In this document: in pieces, positions 23,183-35,400 of the stretch
Position numbering within the stretch: position 1 is the first letter of the stretch
How the letters are laid out: every line of letters starts with the position of its first letter
Source: Mesotaenium endlicherianum
Lineage: Eukaryota
DNA: 64,000 bases
Direction of reading: 5' to 3'
Assembly (NCBI GenBank): GCA_009602735.1
Contig: WELA01003606.1
Location: forward strand, 1-64,000
Notes under the pieces: generated by a model
The model's database searches: none
What the model saw: only the letters and a program-made list of their open reading frames with translations
Told to the model about the DNA's origin: nothing
Translations under genes and position numbers: made by a program

Positions 23183-26100
23183 TCAGGTGGCAGGCGTGCC
23201 CTGATCTGGTTCCTCCTTCTCCTCAGGCTCTTTGAACGTCACAAAGGGAAGGAAGTATGTGTCCAGCTGCCAGTACATCTGCTGCAAGCCTTCCCACGTG
23301 GTGGCGTCGAAGCACTTCCTGACGGGCAGCGGCGTGAACTGGGACTGGAACCCTAGATGCGCCAGCTGGAGGGCCACCACCTGGCAGTACACGACGTGGA
23401 AGAAGGCGTTGTCTCCGCACAGCCCGTTGAAGAAGGAGTAGATCCCGTCGGGCTTCATGAGCTTCGGAAGCGCCTCATGGAACTGGTGCAGGTCGTCGTA
23501 GTACTCTCCGTAAGTGTCAAAAAAGATGCCTGCCAGAGCCGCCGTCGCAATCCCAGAAACACCTAGCTCATCCTTCACTATCCCCACCAAGTTCTAGAAA
23601 GGCTCACGCGGGTGACCAGTTGGCACAATCATATCACTCACTAGAGCAGCCCATTGAGGACCCCCCCACTCACTTGCTAAGAGGGAGAGAGGAGCGAGGG
23701 GGCGGGTGAAAGCAAGGAGGGATGCAAGGGGGGGGCATGCTGACCGTCGTAAGTGGCGAGCTGGGGCAGCACGTCCTGCCACCTGCCAAACACGAGGCGC
23801 ACCCCGGGCTTGTCGGCCCACCCCTGCGCTAGCATGCGCTGGTACACGTCGGGGTGCGCCTCAACGATGGTGTGCGACGCGGGGCTGCGCCTCTGAATGG
23901 CGTAGTCCACCAGGCCCATCCCGAACCCCACATTGAGAATGTCGCCACCCTGCAGCACCGCCCTCAAACCCCTCCCAACCCACCCCACCCCTCTTCCGCA
24001 CCCAGCCCCGCCCCGGAAACGCCACGCCAAAGTTTGAGTCAGAATGAGCTGGCAAAGAAGCTCGCGCCTGCCATGTGGCAAGAGGAGGAGAATGCAGTGC
24101 GTGTTTCTTTGTGACGGTTACACCTGAGGTTACGCATTGCCCCATTCTAGCAGACTTGACGCGAGTGAGTACAGAAAGTAGAGGCAGCAGACGCCTACTC
24201 TGGGAGGCGTCATCACCCCGTGACTGCACCATGTGCACAATTGAAGCACAAAAGAGCCGTTCACAAGCCAAGCACGTCTTTCGCATGATGACCACCGCCC
24301 CCCAGGTAACATGTAGTGAGCAGCCTGCTAGCACCACAAGCGCATGCATTACCACTGAGCACCTGTAGCTGCGGCTGCAAAGTTGCGGCTGCTGCTACGG
24401 CTTCTCTATGTGGCTGATGCCTGCCACCTGCTGGGCAGCTGTGAGGGTACGGGCCTCCATGAGGCGGCCAGGGGGCGCTCCGGCAGCAGCAGCAGCGCAT
24501 GTCGTATGCTTGTTCTCACACGCTCACGCTCATGCTCATGCTGGTCCTCGTGCATGTGCTTGTATGTGCAGTTCAGGGGTTGCAGGCAGATTCACAGAAC
24601 GTGTCGCGCATGTGGTGTGCGAGAGAGACGCGGCACACAGCTGCTGGCAGACGGCACGCGAGGTACCTGGTTGCATGCACATGGACCAATCACAGCACGA
24701 CACGCAGTGTGCTGTGCGGGGGGGAGGGGGGGGGGGGNNNNNNNNNNNNNNNNNNNNNNNNNNNNNNNNNNNNNNNNNNNNNNNNNNNNNNNNNNNNNNN
24801 NNNNNNNNNNNNNNNNNNNNNNNNNNNNNNNNNGGGGGGGGGGGGGGGGGGGGGCGGTGTGCGTGCGTGAGACGCACACGCGGAGCACACCTGCTGGCAG
24901 ATGGCGTGCGCGTGCGCCTCCATGAGCGGGCGCTCCCACGCCATCATGACGCCCTGCTGCTCTTCATCCACCAGGCGCGTCTCGCTGAACTCCACGCGCT
25001 GCTGCAGGTACTGCAGGTTGCCCGCCTTGCTGCCGCCGTTGCCAGAGGAGGAGGTCAGAAGGCTGCGGGCTGCGGCCCCCAGGATGAGCTCTGCACTTAC
25101 GCCTGCCAAATCGCCCCCACGCTCTGTCGGTAATCAGCAGGAGCTGTGCGCGGCTCATACTCTCGTATCTGGGAACCGAGCCTTATCCCCCCTTACCCTT
25201 GCACTTTCTCTCCACAGCGGGCACACCCCCTGGTAGGCGTGCCTGGCTCCCTCTCTCCCTCTCATGAGGCCTGGCAGGGCTGCTCATTGTCATAGCTGCT
25301 GCTGCTCATGCTGCTGCTGCTGCGCTGCCTCGCATGCCTCACAGCATGTCCCAGTCCGAGGACGTGTGTGACACTGTGTAAGTATGTGTTTGAAGGGTTA
25401 TTTGTGCATGTATGTGTGTGTGTGCATGTGCTCCATGTAGGACGAATGTGTAGGTAAGCGTGTAAGACCACGACTGCTCTTTGAGAGCAGCATAACATTT
25501 ACAAGAGAATGTGAGACATATCTCTTTGTCGTGTGCCAGGTGGCAGCACAACAACATGCACGAGCTTAAGCAGAAAACGCAAACTGCTCCCAGCTAGGTG
25601 GAGAAAGGCCCTCCATTATTTAAGACGACTGATGTATTATAAGACTGGGGGAAGCAAGCAATCTCTTGCCGCCCCCCTCCAAGCCCCCAGGCCTGCTTTG
25701 TCCCCTCACAGCTGCCCCCTTATTCCTTCTTTGCAAGCTCCTTGTTCCCACCGGGCTCCACATACAGCCCAACACAAGTAGTTTTCATAAAAGCCTCAAA
25801 CCCTCAGCCCTGACCCTGGGCCCCCTTCACCCCAAAGACCCTAGACCCTAAGCAATTGGCACATGCTCCCCCTCTGGCCTTGTCATTGCATGCCATCCAG
25901 ACAGAGCAAGAAGGGAGCTCCCATTCCACCAAGATACTCCTAGGAGGGCAGGCCTTACTCTCCCAACAAGTGCTGCAGCGCCCACTTCACCCCGGCCGCA
26001 TGCATCATGCTCCTTCCTCACTCCCTCCTCTTGATATTGAAAAGCAGCATGTGTGGTGCAGAGGAATGAGAGAACCAAACAGCAGCAGACATATGGCACC

Positions 26101-27163
26101 AAAAAAGAAACACTGGTTGGAAGCAACGTTTGGGGGAGGAGGGGGAGAGATGGAGGGGGGGCCGGGTGGGCAGGAAGAGGTTTGTCGAAGTAGGGTTTAG
26201 GTCCAGGAACCCTGCTCACTTGAGCCTTGGCCTTAGCAAGTGTAGAGATGCTCCACACACACAGAGACACACCCACGCACCTGCATCGATGAGAATATCG
26301 ACGACCGGCTGGTGCCCAGCATCCATGGCGTAGTCGCCAGCGCACAGGCCCTGCCTGTCGAGAGCGTTCCAGGGGGCTCCTTCCTCAAGCAGCTTCTTCA
26401 CCACCTCTGAGTGCCCCCCCTTCGCCGCTGCCATTAGCGGGCTTTCCCCCTTCCCCTCTTCCTGGAAGGTAACGTCTGCACCCTCCCTAGGGTAACAGTA
26501 GCAGGAGCAGCACAAAGGAGGGATTAAGTGGTGCACAGGGGGCATAGTGAGTAGTTTGTTGTTAAGTCATTTGCAGCAATTTTCTTCCATTTTATGTTCA
26601 GACACACTGAAGGCAAGCATCTTCTAGGCCTTCTCCTACACCCCAGAGGGACAGGGGAAGGTGATGCCTAAAGAAGAAGTGGAGAGGTGTCTAGTAGCTG
26701 CTGCTTAGGCATTAGTAGATGCTGCCAGAGACAGGCACTTGTCCGCAGCTCACGATTAGTGCCTTCTGGGGGACTGACAGCACGCCATGCTCGTCATTTG
26801 CAGTCCATTATGATCAGAGGAGAATCTGCCGGAGAGAGATAGTATGTAAGTACTGCCGGAGGTAGTGTAGCAAATTTTTCAAAAGTACCCACACAGGCTC
26901 GCCAGCAGCACTGAATTTCGAGTGAGACTCTCCATTGCTTTGGGGACCTGGCTCTAGTACTCGACCAGCAGCTCATTGAGTTTCCTTACGGAACAAAAGA
27001 GACAAGAATTTTCACATTCACTGATATTGAACGACATTGCAGCAGACAATTGATCAATTTCTCCTGACCATTCTTACCCTATGCAGCGTATAACTTCCTC
27101 AATTGAGCCGTCCCCAGCGGCTTTCAGCAAACGCTTCTGTGAGTGTGATTGTGACTGTTCCAT
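23183..27163 (-). CDS. RMT2: Protein arginine N-methyltransferase 2 (RMT2-type; ankyrin repeats + SAM methyltransferase); 5 exons (27163-27078, 26486-26281, 25102-24891, 23949-23745, 23529-23183)
   Basis: MEQSQSHSQKRLLKAAGDG...|EGADVTFQ...SPLMAAAKGGH...GAPWNALD (ankyrin), VMMAWERPLMEAHA, ILNVGFGMGLVD (SAM motif I), HTIVEAHPDVY, GRWQDV, YDGIFFDTYGEYY, YWQLDTY. Confidence 0.93.
24738..24833. other. Assembly gap flanked by poly-G (inside an RMT2 intron)
   Basis: Run of N. Confidence 0.99.
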
Positions 27164-28207
27164 TGCACAAAGATTCCTTCCAAAATTTCGCTGAAGTCTG
27201 CCTGGTAAGAGCATATGACACTGCACAGTCTCTCACATGCACGTATTTTCTCAAAGCAGTGCCTCAATCCGACCTGTCATACTCTGTAGCTTATTTGCAG
27301 GTATAGAGGGGAATTATCTTCAGCGTCACTACGTATCCTTTACGTGGAGATTAAAGACTTCTTAGTGCAGTTGAAACCATGCTCGAAGGTGCAATAGAGC
27401 TCAGCAAGTTGTATTCGGGCACCAATGACGTTGTCTTTCATCACGTCTCGGAACTTATCATGCTCAACTATGAATAAGCAACGGTGTGAGAACTCAGTAA
27501 ACTACAGTGGCTGACATGTGGCAATTCAACGTGAAAGGAGCACTGCTGTGATGAGTGGGGTTACGTGAGAAAAACAGATAAATTCACTTCGCTGCTTCTA
27601 TTTAAACATATTGCTCTCTTATTTTAACCAATATCTTTTGATGGATACTAGTTTCTTCACTTCCTTGAAAACGGCATGACTGTATGTAATAAGTTCTTCA
27701 CTCAAAAATATAAGTGCTATTAGAAAGCAGTAAAATAATCAGGGTGAGGGCAGACTATACACTGCATTAACAGCTATTCATTGCATCATAATGTGTTCTT
27801 CTTCAGGACATCACCGAGTCTAGAATCATGAGCTTCCTAGATCATGGTAGTGCACAGGACATTCAAGCATGACCAGATATGCTCCACAAAGCAAAGCATG
27901 TGTTATACACAGCACTGGTGATCTGCTACCTTTGTTACAGGATGGCTTTAAAACTTCTGCAATACATACTTCATACACAAACATGCTATTGACGAACCCG
28001 AACTCGTAAGTTAGATGAAGTGTAGCTTAAAGTACTAAGTTCTAAATCAAATACCTTAAAATTACAGAAAGGCAAGCTCAATGCACCGATAAATCACACT
28101 AGCTTATATTCTGCTCCTACATTTCATGCACTTGTGTATATACAAGGACTCCGGCAACTCAGGAACCTGCCTAGCCACCCTCTCCTTACCTCCCTTGTGC
28201 TCACTAG

Positions 28208-31200
28208 CTAAAACTGCCCTGCTCTAATATCCCTGTCAATTCTGTCAGCATTGAGAGTCCCTGGCAACTCTCGGAAGCCTTCATTGAAGATGGAGTATGC
28301 ACTGCAAGTAAGAGGACCAAGGGAAGAACGACCTATGAGAAAAGGTATTTGATACAACCTGGTGCTAGGTTCTGCGGTCACCTCTACCTCTGCAAAAATG
28401 CATGGTTGGAAAATGCATGCCAACCATCTTGGGGTGTGTCAACATGCTGTCTACCTGCGAAGGTCAGTAGCAAGCTCCTAAGGTGTGCCTCCATGATGCA
28501 TGATAAATCATCATATAAATTGGAAGAAGATATGCATTCTGCTCATGAAAGCTAGACAGTCGTGGCACAAGGACTTCCATGAGCTTTCAACAGGCAAAAA
28601 ACCGTTGCCCGCTGACCAGCGTTGGGACTTGACCAGTGATGTGCCTGAAGCATGAGGATACCTCTCGTCGCCCTCCTGCTTCTTTCCTAAGTTGAAGAAG
28701 ATGATGGCGAAGCATGTGCCAATCACCTGCAAACCGCCGCTTGCTGTGTTAAATCAAAATGTCTCCAGACAGATTTAAAAGGCAGCATCTCATCAAGAAC
28801 CGAAACAATGAGCCAATACACCCTACGATATAGGCTAGCTGACATGACGCCGTTGGAAGGCATGACTGGGGACACAGTAGAGCCTCCCACACTGCGCAGC
28901 ATCGAGGCCACCCTCCACTCCAAACCTACACTGCCATCCTCAGGGCGTAGTTGCAAGAAATGGCTGAGACCCAGGGAGGAAGGAAAGAGTAGGTACATAG
29001 ACGGGGCCAAGCTCCCAGCGCAGCTGGACTATCGGCGCCAGCAGGCACCACCCAAGGATGCACGCCCACGTGCGTAGCCGCAGCCAGAAGAACACCACCA
29101 GCGCTGGGTCTGCTCATCGATACATGCACAAGCATACCTTTGCTATTAAAGGGTCCTGGCGGGCAGGGACGGGGGAGGGGGTGTGTACGGGTGAGGGAGG
29201 GGGTGTGTGCGGGTGAAGGAGGGGGTGTGAGAATGACTGAAACCAAACAAGGGGCATGTGGCTTTCTACTTGTTAAGACAAGTATGTACAAGCCCTTAAC
29301 GAGTTGGCGTTTGGGCTGCTATGTGCACAACAAATAAAGCAAGGAGGGGCTTGTTTCAAACATACACGCACGTGCCATGTGCGCCCAGGTACATCTATGT
29401 TGGCCTGGCAGTGGGTACAAGATCCACTGACTGGCGCAGGCGCAGCAGACGTACAGGAAGCACGTGAGAGGGCCATGACACATGACGTGCCTGCTGCATA
29501 GTCACACAGCAAGTCTACTAACATGACACAATGGCTGGAGTAATTGGCCCAACGGAAGATGGGCCAGCTGAAGCTGTGCCAAGGAATGACTTACCAGGTA
29601 CCCTGAGAGTGTCGCGTAGATACGTTGCGAGTCTCCTCTCCAGGCAGCTCGCATGATCTGGCATCTTGAATCTCTGCCATCAGAGGGAAAGAGAGAATTT
29701 AACCACAAGTTACAGACACGTCCTAGAGACAGTAAGGTTGGATCTGATAGCATAGCAGGATGACTTGGGGGAGATAACAATCCGGTGGTCTTGTCCCACA
29801 CAATGATCAATTTTGTCAAGTTCAACGTGGACAAGTACAGAATTGTCACTAAGTCATGTCCTTTTACGAGCTAAAAATCCGCAGGCAAATTTTGGCATCA
29901 CAAGAGTCTAAGTAGCAACTCAGGAAAAGACAGTGAAGCAGAGTTGCCGACACTTGGCCACCAATGTCGTGGACGACCTCGCAGCAGAAGCGTGACTGGC
30001 AAGGGAAAAGAGGCGCAGGTGACGACTTACAAGGTCCTCATTGTCGTCTACAAGCTCCCCGTCCCTCGATGACACATGCTGGGGTGGTCCCCTGGGTGCA
30101 GCCATGGCTATGATGGTGCCTGTAGCAACAACAGCAGCAGCAGCAACAGCAGCGTCGCTGTGATGACACGTTCGCCTCGATCTCTGGGATATTAGCATCC
30201 AGTTGTATATTACATCAGCCAAGTGTCACCGGACATCACATTAAGCACAAGCAAGTACACTACACATCCGGCACGCAGAAAAGACGCAATTCCAAAAGAA
30301 AGAAGATTCATGTAACTCAAGGGTACAGTCAAGCAAGGCTAGGATAGCATATCACAAAGAGTACGAGAAAGCGGAAGTTGCAATCAAGGGCCCGCCAGGA
30401 GGCGCATTCCTTATCATGCATAAGCATTGCACGTTTCATGTGAGTTGCGTGCTGGCTTTGTCCCACAGGTATGGCAAAACAATAAGAATGAGAGCCACCC
30501 ATATGCAACGGCTCATTGTTTGCCAACGAGATTCACGAATCCCAGCAGAAGGGCTGGCGGTACCTGCTTCTCTATGGGTTTGCATAGAGCAAGGAAGGAA
30601 GAAGAAGCAAGGCATACACATTTACGTACCTCAGGCTGCCCCAAAGGTCCTACAAGAAACCTGGACACACTTTACAAATATCCCACAGGCATGTTCATAG
30701 GAGACCTCACTCCCGCCCAATAGACCATATACACAATTATATAGACGCCCACGAAATTTTATATACAAAAGGCAACAAGTGTGCGATGATAAGGGTGCTG
30801 CAGGCAGTATGTGTCTCCCTTATGTACATAAGAATGACGCATATGCTTACTTATTAATTTGTGGGATATCACATAGTGCAGAAACAATGAGTAACTGCTT
30901 AGATGAACTCAAGATGTGCAATATCTGGACATTGGCAGTGGCAAGCTGCTAAATGTACCTCCTTCACGCACTCCTGCTGGCTTATTCCAGGCCCCTTCAT
31001 TATTGTCCACCACTAGGGATTTCCCATCAGAAACCAGTTTCAGGTTGTCAAGTGACAGGCCTGTAGCAGTGGCCACCTCCTTCTTCAAGTCTGTTACCTG
31101 ACATCCATCAGTATGTGCGCTTTGTTGCAGTAAGCAAAGATGGCGCAACATTATGATTATACAACGCCGTTTCACAGGCGGTACTGGAAAACACCAGACT

Positions 31201-31520
31201 TTCAATACTCGGCTGCATAAGAAAGCCTTGCATGTGGCAGTAACATTTACAAATGATGGCTTGCTGTCCGTATCCACCTACATATGTCTCAGGAAGCTAC
31301 TGTCAGCATCTGCTATTGCCCGTAGCCTTCAGCGTGCTAATCTCCCAGAAGAATGTGCCGCCATACCACTGGTGCTTTACCGGCATATGCTGGACAAGCC
31401 ATCCCATGAGCCAGCTCCTTAAGAGTGACAAATTAAACTTTAGCATACCGTAATATTGGAAAGAACCCGCAACTCCTTCTTTCTGCTCGCTCCAACAGTC
31501 TTCACGTACACTAACACCAT
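28208..31520 (-). CDS. SAYSD1: Ubiquitin-like domain + SAYSvFN-domain membrane protein (SAYSD1-like); ~7 exons (31520-31449, ~31097-30959, ~30119-30030, 29673-~29595, ~29110-28996, ~28726-28662, ~28302-28208)
   Basis: MVLVYVKTVGASRKKELRVLSNIT|VTDLKKEVATATGLSLDNLKLVSDGKSL (UBL), RFKMPD...LRVP, hydrophobic WACILGWCLLAP...WELGPVY|VIGTCFAIIFFNLG, and C-terminal SAYSIFNEGFRELPGTLNADRIDRDIRAGQF*. Confidence 0.88.
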
Positions 31521-32497
31521 GTTTCCAAGCAGCCCGATATTTGCTCAAAAAAGCATCTGCTCCGCATCACCTAAAGGTACGAACCCATAAGGAGCTCTAC
31601 AGGCTACTCGAGCATCTCCGCAGTGTCATTGCCTAGACATAAAGTGCCGGACGAGCAATGAGAAAACAACCAGCCTCATCCTCCCAGGGTTTAGATGGCC
31701 AGTTTACTGATGGTGGAAAAATGTTGACGCTAAACACTCGCTTACAACTCAAGGACTGCCTTGAGAGTCGCTTATAGTGAGAAGTTACTGTTAAAGCAGT
31801 CTCGTTTTAAATTGGAGATGTGGCTTGCTCTTTTCAGAATGCCTACCGTAGTCAAAGCTAGAGAATACTTGAAGGCTGTCAAGATCAAGGCACACAAAGT
31901 AACTTCAAGATTCGAGGGCAGTCAATAGTGCACCCAACTTCCGACCGAGCAGTTTGAAGTGGATTCACGATTCATTTAGGCAAGCAAAAGCAGAGGCACG
32001 CATCCACAATTATCGAGGTCAATCGAGGTGACCAGAGGCAAGCAGAGGTGATAAAAAATTAAATATTGGTTGACCGGCTTGACCTATTTGCATGCGCCAG
32101 TTTGTGGCAGTTCGTCGTCGATAAACTTGACTTTGGTTGACCAGCAAAAACCAACCACGTTGACGTCGTTCAATATCGTGGGAGATTTCATTTCTAGTCC
32201 TTATACCCGTATAAACCCCGCTTGTCGGGGTGTGCGCTTCAAAAGTTACAAAATTATGCAGCTACAATAACGATGCCGGTGTTTTAACGAGCCAATGAGG
32301 TCGATCATAAATGCGAAGACCACTTGACAAATACCGTGAAACAACTTGGTTGTATGACAGCAGGTCAAGTCGATTTAAGGTGAAATCATTGAGACGCTTC
32401 ATTCATAACTTCTGGCGAGTCGCTGGACGATGTACAACCAACATCTGAAGTAGCTTCTGACTGACTACGGCTGCTGATTTTTAACGTGTCTGGCAGC
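31521..32497. promoter_or_regulatory. Divergent intergenic region; candidate bidirectional promoter and 5' UTRs
   Basis: Head-to-head start codons at 31520 (-) and 32498 (+), 977 bp apart. Confidence 0.5.
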
Positions 32498-35400
32498 ATG
32501 GGGAAGAAAAAGGAGAATCCGCATGTTTTCTTCGATGTCAGCATTGCCGGAGAACCTGCAGGCCGGATGATTATAGAGGTCAGATATCAACCATCGTATG
32601 CAGCTTCTTCCGCGCGAATTTGTCCAAGGCTCATGAAGGATTCGAGACGCTAGAAGGATATGCAGGGATTTGACAACTTCAGTTTGGCCTGTGATGTATG
32701 CAGTTGTATGAAGATGTGGTTCCCAAGACTGCAGAAAATTTTCGTGCCTTGTGCACAGGTAAGCGTTTTTCCTGCAATATAATGCGGGGTCTGTGCATGT
32801 ACTAGCTCTCTTTTGAATTTCTTTGTCGCATTTAGTCAAATTTAGCTCCAAGGAGTCCCCTTACAGCATTCTGGTCACTTGGCAGCAAGCATAAGCAAGA
32901 TCTGTTTTCAAAAGACTCTCGCTTGCGTGGATATCTGGTCAGGGGAAAAGGGGATAGGCGAAGTGACGAAGAAACCTCTGCACTTCAAAGGCTCCACATT
33001 CCATCGTGTGATCCCAAGCTTTATGGCACAGGTAGCATGCCGTTGTTGACAAATTTGGCTGCTATACTCTTGTTATAGCAAGTGCAGCTCATATAATTGT
33101 ATGTACTGTGTAATATCTTACTCTTGGCCCATATTCGTCATACTTGTTCTCATCAGCAGGTTCAGCTGCTATGATAGTATGTGACGTGTCTTATCCTACT
33201 CTTGGCCCATATTTGTCACACCTCTCACTTGTAAGCTCATGTTAGTTTTCTTCCTGCATATGAGACCCGTCTGCCTTTCCTTACTCGTATTTTTGCATAT
33301 ATTCATGTACGTCTGCAGGGCGGAGATTTCTCCAATAAGGATGGTTGGTCCCAGAATAACCCTCCACTTTTACATCTTTGGCATCTCTGGCTTACTCAGG
33401 TGGCTGTTATCTGTGATGTGACACTCAAATGATATTCCAGATAAATATTTTGAGATGTGCTCGTCGGTTCCATGACTTTGTGTTTTGCTGCGTGGCATGA
33501 CTTTTATGAGTAATTCTGAAGTTGAGCAGCATCATGAGCATTTTGAAATATTGATATTTAAGTTCCTGTTCATGTATATCTATACTGAAAGAGTTTGAGG
33601 CGTTGATTTCGTGTTTACAGGGACTGGGGGGGAGAGCATTTACGGAGGAAAATTTGAAGGTTTGGCTTTTGCAAACTGGACCTTGCTGTGCCTGGGGGGA
33701 CATGTTGAGTGGTCAAAGTTCTGTTTTCTTAACTAGTATACTAATAGGGGGTTTTAAGTAATCATAAGACGGAGTTCATGTTTGTTTTTTACTGAATGTA
33801 GTAAGTAGTAAGTCTGCCAGGATCCCTTTTGCTGCTGAAATGCTTTGGGCAGATTGCCATCATGTGTTGCAAGGGTTATTGATGGGTCTGGCAGTTCAAA
33901 CAAACTTTCTGGCCAGGTAACCACACTGTGTGTCAGGTAAATCATCCCTAGCTTCTTGGTGGTGAAGCGACGGTCCTCGTAAATATTGCTGGCACTTGTC
34001 ACAATAAGAAACCGTATACATTATGGACTTGGATCATGCTGCAGGTATCGATTTTAAATGTGTTTCAGTTTACTGGATGCATTGCAGATGAAAATTTCAT
34101 ACTCAAACACAGTGGTGCTGGTACCTTATCTATGGCAAATGCTGGACCTAATACCAATGGTTCTCAGTTCTTCATCACGTTCAAAGCGACCCCTCACTTG
34201 GATGGGTATGTCGCCTTTTCATCTTCCATTTATATCTTCATAAGTATATGAAGGTGATAGCCTTTGCTCGTGCCACTTCTGGTCAATAATGATATGCATT
34301 CATCATAACTGTTAGTATGGAGGTCTTCTGAGCTTTTTGTACAGTATGGCCCTACATCACAGTGTGGTAGAGGGAAGCCTGTCGGAACTGACGGCAGGCC
34401 ATTTTTGTTTGGGTACTTTGTTGCAGGTCATCTGTCTAGAACAACTATCAGATTCCATGTTTCATTGTGGAATTCATATGCCATTCGATTGTATTTACTG
34501 CCAACTTTTTGATTGAGCAGCATTTATTTGCAAACTACTAGTATGTGTGTGCCATGTGTAGGTGTGCCTCCATCGTTGCGACAGGTGATCATTTCTATGT
34601 CATATCTTTATGTTTGCAGGAAGCACGTTGTTTTCGGAAAAGTTGTGAAGGGCATTGACATTGTCAGCATGATAGAGGAGCAGCCAACTGGACAGCGCGA
34701 CAGACCTGCAATTCCTATCAAGATTGTGAAGTGTGGAGAGGTGCTGGCTGAAGTTAAAAGTGCAGTTGCACTAGTAAAAGCCTTAGTCACAAAAGGTGGT
34801 GACAAAGTTGTAGAGAAGAATAGGAAGCACTCGAAGAAAGAGGTACAGAGCGGGGAGAGTGAAGACACTGACGAGAGTGATGAGGACACAGAGAAGAAAA
34901 AGGAGAAGAGTGTGAAGAAAGGGAAAGGCACTAGGAAGGTAGCCAAAAGAAGTAAGCGGGACAAAAAGAGCACCTCTAGCAAGAAGTCCAAGAAATATTT
35001 GTCAAGCTCGGAAAGTGACTACTCAAGCTCAGACTATTCCTCCTCTGACTCTGATGAAGATGAGTCGCTCTCAGGTTCGGACTCAGAGTCAGAAAGTGAA
35101 GACGACAGGAAGCGAAGGAGGAAAGAAGCAGGGAAGGGCGGTAAGAACAGAAAGCAGTCTGCTAAGAAGAGCAAGTACGACAAACAGAGGCCTTCTAAAA
35201 GCAGCAGGAAAAAGAACAGGTGACTTACTTGGACCCTGGTTTATGGTTTGAACTTGTGACTGCTTCTTTGCCGAGGAGTGGAAAACGTGCTTGAAGCCCA
35301 CTTTGAATTGCAATGTTAAATAAGTTGGCTTGTGGTGACATGAATACCTTGGCTTGTATTGTCTTCTTTCCAGCAGATATTCGGACACTGATAGCAGCGA

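Noticed and set aside
24383..24939. ORFs spanning poly-G and N
   Set aside because: Gap artefacts inside an RMT2 intron.
31186..31277. Alternative SAYSD1 exon VDTDSKPSFVNVTATCK with a GC donor
   Set aside because: The exon at 31520-31449 (VKTVG...LRV) has a canonical GT donor and fits the UBL better.
33116..33225. ~28-bp duplication in a cyclophilin intron
   Set aside because: Short local duplication with no further structure.
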